Below are positions 61,082 to 61,457 of a DNA stretch of 61,457 nt, one piece after another (position 1 is the first letter of the stretch; the number at the start of each line of letters is the position of its first letter). The notes under the pieces were generated by a model. The model was not told the origin of the DNA. It saw only the letters and a list, made by a program, of their open reading frames with translations, and made no database searches. Location: NCBI GenBank assembly GCA_009103225.1, contig RHPI01002071.1:26281-87737 (forward strand), given 5' to 3'. Origin of the DNA: Chlorokybus atmophyticus. Taxonomy: Eukaryota; Plantae; Mesostigma and Chlorokybus algae. Position numbers and translations under genes: made by a program.

Positions 61082-61457
61082 TCACTCGCCGGCGGGTTTC
61101 ACGGACGCCCACCTGTGCGACACCGACTTGGACAACGAAGCACGGAGCTGCAGGGCGTTGGGATCGGTATTGGCCGCGTGAGCGGCCGACGCGCGCGCGA
61201 TCTCCTTGTCCCCCAGCGCGCGCTCCAGCGCCTCGACCCTAGCTCGGATGCCCTCGACTTCGGCGCTAGCGCTGTGCGCCGTTTCGTGCACGCCGCGCAG
61301 CAGGTGCAGCAGGTCGCTGTACGCGCTCCAAAAGCACGCCACGAGCGAGTCCATCGCCTGCACGACCGGGTTCATTGTCATGCCATCTACCCTCGCATGC
61401 CAGTCCTTCTCGAGCATGCCTACACCCAGCCCCACGCCCGGGCTACCAGCATGAAGA
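61082..61457 (-). CDS. Intronless hypothetical protein with coiled coil, 5'-partial (frame open to the window edge)
   Basis: EVEGIRARVEALERALGDKEIARA heptads. Its stop lies 2 bp from the stop of the convergent thioredoxin-like gene. Confidence 0.55.
   Translation of the reverse strand, partial: LHAGSPGVGLGVGMLEKDWHARVDGMTMNPVVQAMDSLVACFWSAYSDLLHLLRGVHETAHSASAEVEGIRARVEALERALGDKEIARASAAHAANTDPNALQLRASLSKSVSHRWASVKPAGE

Overview
Eukaryotic, intron-rich, repeat-dense window with GT-AG introns and one 948-N gap. The host is probably a green alga or early streptophyte (inference from TE types and gene content only). About 60% of the window is decayed retroelement. Three fragments belong to a Ty3/Gypsy lineage whose pol carries a cytosine-5 DNA methyltransferase upstream of RT and a PHD finger after the integrase, and it has unusual B...A-B-A terminal repeats. 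Also present are an old chromodomain Gypsy element with 1.75-kb LTRs, a solo LTR with a 5-bp TSD, a probable hAT MITE and a near-complete CRE-clade non-LTR element. Host genes are a tRNA-Gly(CCC), a multi-exon GPI-specific phospholipase D homologue (GPLD1-like), an AAA-type ATPase, a secreted Pro-rich/Cys-rich wall-type protein, a coiled-coil gene fragment and a degenerate trypsin-like gene overlapped by an exact 3x568-bp triplication. The last ~1.3 kb switches abruptly to GC-rich, intronless, tightly packed ORFs that resemble giant-virus (Nucleocytoviricota) genes. They are preceded by an array of 8-8-8 palindromes, so this is probably the left edge of an endogenous giant-virus element. No database searches were run; all family assignments come from motif recognition by eye.
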